From: Eledone cirrhosa
Taxonomy: Eukaryota
Assembly (NCBI GenBank): GCA_964016885.1
Contig: OZ024741.1
Coordinates: forward strand, 258,726,001-258,790,000
DNA length: 64,000 bases
Direction: 5' to 3'
The notes below the pieces were generated by a model, which saw only the letters and a program-made list of their open reading frames with translations, had not been told where the DNA came from and ran no database searches. Position 1 is the first letter of the stretch; each line of letters opens with the position of its first letter. Positions 60,171 to 64,000 of this stretch are shown one piece after another. The position numbers and the translations under genes were made by a program.

Positions 60171-63100
60171 TTGTAGCTGTTGCTGTTTTCTGTGTCAGTG
60201 CCAGTGTTGTTGTTGCTGTTTTCTCTGTCAGTGCCAGTGTTGTTGTAGTTGTTGCTGTTTTCTGTGTCAGTGCCAGTGTTGTTGTAGTTGTTGCTGTTTT
60301 CTGTGTCAGTTCCAGTGTTGTTGTTGTTGTTGCTGTTGCTGTTTTCTGTGCCAGTGCCAGTGTTATTGTTGCTGTTGTTGCTGTTTCTCTGTCAGTGCCA
60401 GTGTTGTTGTAGTTGTTGCTGTTTTCTCTGTCAGTGCCAGTGTTGTTGTAGTTGTTGCTGTTTTCTCTGTCAGTGCCAGTGTTGTTGTAGTTGTTGCTGT
60501 TTTCTCTGTCAGTGCCAGTGTTGTTGTAGTTGTTGCTGTTTTCTGTGTCAGTGTCAGTGTTGTTGTTGCTGTTTTCTGTGTCAGTGCCAGTGTTGTTGTT
60601 GTTGCTGTTTTCTCTGTCAGTGCCAGTGTTGTTGCTGTTGCTATTTTCACTGTCAGTGCCAGTGTTGTTGTTGTTGCTGTTTTCTGTGTCAGTGCCAGTG
60701 TTGTTGTTGTTGCTGTTTTCTGTGTCAGTGCCAGTGTTGTTGTTGTTACTGTTGCTGTTTTCTGTGTCAGTTCCAGTGTTGCTGTTGCTGTTTTCTGTGC
60801 CAGTGCCAGTGTTATTGTTGCTGTTGTTGCTGTTTTCTGTGTCAGTGCCACGGTTGTTGTTGCTGTTGTTGCTGTTTTCTGTGTCAGTGCCAGTGTTGTT
60901 GTTGCTGTTGTTGCTGTTTTCTGTGTCAGTGCCAGTGTTGTTGTTGCTGTTGTTGCTGTTTTCCGCGCCAGTGTTGTTGTAGTTGTTGCTGTTTTCTGTG
61001 TCAATGCCAGTGTTGTTGTAGTTGTTGCTGTTTTCTGTGTCAGTGCCAGTGTTGTTGTAGTTGTTGCTGTTTTCTCTGTCAGTGCCAGTGTTGTTGTAGT
61101 TGTTGCTGTTTTCTCTGTCAGTGCCAGTGTTGTTGTAGTTGTTGCTGTTTTCTCTGTCAATGCCAGTGTTGTTGTAGTTGTTGCTGTTTTCTGTGTCAGT
61201 GCCAGTGTTGTTGCTGTTGCTGTTTTCTCTGTCAGTGCCAGTGTTGTTGTAGTTGTTGCTGTTTTCTCTGTCAGTGCCAGTGTTGTTGTTGTTGCTGTTT
61301 TCTCTGTCAGTGCCAGTGTTGTTGTAGTTGTTGCTGTTTTCTCTGTCAGTGCCAGTGTTGTTGTAGTTGTTGCTGTTTTCTGTGTCAGTGCCAGTGTTGT
61401 TGCTGTTGTTGCTGTTTTCTGTGTCAGTGCCAGTGTTGTTGTTGCTGTTTTCTCTGTCAGTGCCAGTGTTTTTGTTGTTGCTGTTTTCTGTGTCAGTGCC
61501 AGTGTTGTTGTTGTTGCTGTTTTCTCTGTCAGTGCCAGTGTTGTTGTTGTTGCTGTTTTCACTGTCAGTGCCAGTGTTGTTGTTGTTGCTGTTTTCTGTG
61601 TCAGTGCCAGTGTTGTTGTAGTTGTTGCTGTTTTCTCTGTCAGTGCCAGTGTTATTGTAGTTGTTGCTGTTTTCTGTGTCAGTACCGGTGTTGTTGTTGT
61701 TGCTGTTTTCTCTGTCAGTGCCAGTGTTGTTGTTGTTGCTGTTTTCTGTGTCAGTGCCAGTGTTGTTGTAGTTGTTGCTGTTTTCTGTGTCAGTGCCAGT
61801 GTTGTTGTAGTTGTTGCTGTTTTCTGTGTCAGTGCCAGTGTTGTTGTAGTTGTTGCTGTTTTCTCTGTCAGTGCCAGTGTTGTTGTAGCTGTTGCTGTTT
61901 TCTCTGTCAGTGCCAGTGTTGTTGTAGTTGTTGCTGTTTTCTCTGTCAGTGCCAGTGTTGTTGTAGTTGTTGCTGTTTTCTGTGTCAGTGCCAGTGTTGT
62001 TGTAGTTGTTGCTGTTTTCTGTGTCAGTGCCAGTGTTGTTGTAGTTGTTGCTGTTTTCTCTGTCAGTGCCAGTGTTGTTGTAGTTGTTGCTGTTTTCTCT
62101 GTCAGTGCCAGTGTTGTTGTAGTTGTTGCTGTTTTCTGTGTCAGTGCCAGTGTTGTTGTTGCTGTTTTCTCTGTCTGTGCCAGTGTTGTTGTAGTTGTTG
62201 CTGTTTTCTGTGTCAGTGCCAGTGTTGTTGTAGTTGTTGCTGTTTTCTGTGTCAGTGCCAGTGTTGTTGTAGTTGTTGCTGTTTTCTCTGTCAGTGCCAT
62301 TGTTGTTGTAGTTGTTGCTGTTTTCTCTGTCAGTGCCAGTGTTGTTGTAGTTGTTGCTGTTTTCTGTGTCACTGCCAGTGTTGTTGTTGTTGCTGTTTTC
62401 TCTGTCAGTGCCAGTGTTGTTGTAGTTGTTGCTGTTTTCTCTGTCAGTGCCAGTGTTGTTGTAGTTGTTGCTGTTTTCTGTGTCAGTGCCAATGTTGTTG
62501 CTGTTGTTGCTGTTTTCTGTGTCAGTGCCAGTGTTGTTGTTGCTGTTTTCTCTGTCAGTGCCAGTGTTTTTGTTGTTGCTGTTTTCTGTGTCAGTGCCAG
62601 TGTTGTTCTAGTTGTTGCTGTTTTCTGTGCCAGTGCCAGTGTTGATGTAGTTGTTGCTGTTTTCTCTGTCAGTGCCAGTGTTGTTGTAGTTGTTGCTGTT
62701 TTCTCTGTCAGTGCCAGTGTTGTTGTAGTTGTTGCTGTTTTCTGTGTCAGTGCCAGTGTTGTTGACGTTGCTGTTTTCTCTGTCAGTGCCAGTGTTGTTG
62801 TAGTTATTGCTGTTTTCTGTGTCAGTGCCACTGTTGTTGTTGCTGTTTTCTGTGTCAGTGCCAGTGTTGTTGTTGTTGCTGTTTTCTCTGTCAGTGCCAG
62901 TGTTGTTGTTGCTGTTTTCTCTGTCAGTGCCAGTGTTGTTGTTGTTGCTGTTTTCTGTGTCAGTGCCATTGTTATTGCTGTTGTTGCTGTTTTCTGTGTC
63001 AGTGCCAGTGTTGTTGTTGCTGTTTTCTCTGTCAGTGCCAGTGTTGTTGTAGTTGTTGCTGTTTTCTCTGTCAGTGCCAGTGTTGTTGTAGTTGTTGCTG

Positions 63101-64000
63101 TTTTCTGTGTCAGTGCCGGTGTTGTAGTTGTTGATATTTTCTGTGTCAGTGCCAGTGTTGTTGCTGTTGCTGTTTTCTCTGTCAGTGCCAGTGTTGTTGT
63201 AGTTGTTGCTGCTTTCTCTGTCAGTGCCAGTGTTGTTGTAGTTGTTTCTGTTTTCTGTGTCAGTGCCAGTGTTGTTGTTGTTGCTGTTTTCTCTGTCAGT
63301 GCCAGTGTTGTTGTAGTTGTTGCTGTTTTCTGTGTCTGTGCCACTGTTGTTGTTGCTGTTTTCTGTGTCTGTGCCAGTGTTGTTGTTGTTGCTGTTTTCT
63401 CTGTCAGTGCCAGTGTTGTTGTTGCTGTTTTCTCTGTCAGTGCCAGTGTTGTTGTTGTTGCTGTTTTCTGTGTCAGTGCCAGTGTTGTTGTAGTTGTTGC
63501 TGTTTTCTGTGTCAGTGCCAGTGTTGTTGTAGTTGTTGCTGTTTTCTGTGTCAGTGCCAGTGTTTTTGTAGTTGTTGCTGTTTTCTCTGTGAGTCCCAGT
63601 GTTGTTGTAGTTGTTGCTGTTTTCTCTGTCAGTGCCAGTGTTGTTGTAGTTGTTGCTGTTTTCTGTGTTAGTGCCAGTGTTGTTGTTGTTGCTGTTTTCT
63701 CTGTCAGTGCCAGTGTTTTTGTAGTTGTTGCTGTTTTCTCTGTCAGTGCCAGTTTTGTTGTAGTTGTTGCTGTTTTCTGTGTCAGTGCCAGTGTTGTTGT
63801 AGTTGTTGCTGTTTTCTTTGTCAGTGCCAGTGTTGTTGTTGTTGCTGTTTTCTCTGTCAGTGCCAGTGTTGTAGTTGTTGCTGTTTTCTCTGTCAGTGCC
63901 AGTGTTGTTGTTGCTGTTTTCTCTGTCAGTGCCAGTGTTGTTGTTGTTGCTATTTTCACTGTCAGTGCCAGTGTTGTTGTTGTTGCTATTTTCACTGTCA

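Larger units (their letters stand above)
1..64000. repeat. Tandem minisatellite/satellite array, monomer about 30-45 bp (mode 39 bp), consensus GCTGTTTTCT[G/C]TGTCAGTGCCAGT(GTT)2GTA(GTT)2; extends beyond both window edges
   Basis: The same ~24-bp core recurs head-to-tail in one orientation on every line from base 1 to 64000, separated by a variable GTT-triplet tract. No unique sequence was seen. Confidence 0.99.

Noticed and set aside
50606-60412. 3268-aa Cys- then Val-rich ORF and the other Val-, Leu- and Cys-rich + strand ORFs as CDS (metallothionein-, keratin-associated- or membrane-protein-like)
   Set aside because: They are pure translations of the repeat and overlap equally long ORFs in other frames and on the other strand. 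Most starts are non-ATG, there is no unique domain, and thousands of uninterrupted hydrophobic residues are implausible.
60363-63995. Thr-rich minus-strand ORFs as mucin, adhesin or antifreeze glycoprotein genes
   Set aside because: There is no signal peptide or flanking domain, almost no Pro, and no Ala-Ala-Thr periodicity. The frame is broken by shared frameshifts and TAG/TAA variants elsewhere. Kept only as a low-probability finding.
1-64000. CRISPR array (constant ~24-bp repeat with variable intervening sequence)
   Set aside because: The intervening parts are 6-21-bp GTT tracts, not unique spacers. No leader or cas genes are present.
1-64000. V(D)J recombination-signal-like motifs on the minus strand (CACTGAC/CACAGAA and nonamer-like ACAGAAAAC)
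   Set aside because: The heptamer matches are poor, the spacing to the nonamer-like word is not 12 or 23 bp in common monomers, and no gene segments are present.
1-64000. Telomerase-synthesised telomeric repeat
   Set aside because: The unit is long and length-variable with kb-scale duplicated variant patterns, which points to recombination/replication-based amplification rather than templated addition. No canonical telomere motif is present.
1-64000. Pure sequencing or low-complexity artefact
   Set aside because: Rare variants recur in ordered, nested, multi-kb patterns that random error would not produce. The exact block order and copy number still need read support.
1-64000. tRNA, rRNA, structured ncRNA, transposon ends, promoters or terminators
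   Set aside because: There is no non-repeat sequence. The A-poor + strand offers only palindromes of about 13 bp or less, and the T4 runs lack upstream GC hairpins.
1-64000. Programmed frameshifting or phase-variation switch at the T4 tract
   Set aside because: There is no evidence of a gene to switch. The indels are fixed, co-duplicated variants, and I saw no stimulatory structure.

Overview
All 64,000 bases belong to one head-to-tail tandem minisatellite/satellite array that runs off both window ends. I saw no unique sequence and no inverted block. The consensus monomer on + is GCTGTTTTCT[G/C]TGTCAGTGCCAGT followed by a variable (GTT)n tract, often with one GTA, GCT, ACT or ATT triplet. 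The commonest monomer is 39 bp; 30-45 bp variants occur, almost all in 3-bp steps, giving roughly 1,700 copies by estimate. The + strand is strongly T/G-rich: the 39-mer has 19 T, 12 G, 5 C and 3 A. The huge ORFs in the track (LALTQKTATTTTT, TGTDTENSNNYNN, VVVVAVFCVSAS, CCCSCCCFLCQCQ repeats) are best explained as a by-product of the 3n periodicity. Frames with easily reached stop codons carry nonsense variants, and about 30 frameshifting indels are shared between copies, so no CDS is called. The real information is in the pattern of variant monomers. It shows nested higher-order duplications of about 0.25, 0.4, 0.5, 0.74, 0.93, 0.96, 1.7, 1.9, 2.8, 7.6 and 15 kb, including a near-tandem ~15-kb duplication at ~21.85-36.87 kb and ~36.87-50.99 kb. 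A eukaryotic origin is likely but is inference only. I found no support for a novel gene system. Block boundaries are approximate because they were read by eye from marker variants and ORF-track offsets.
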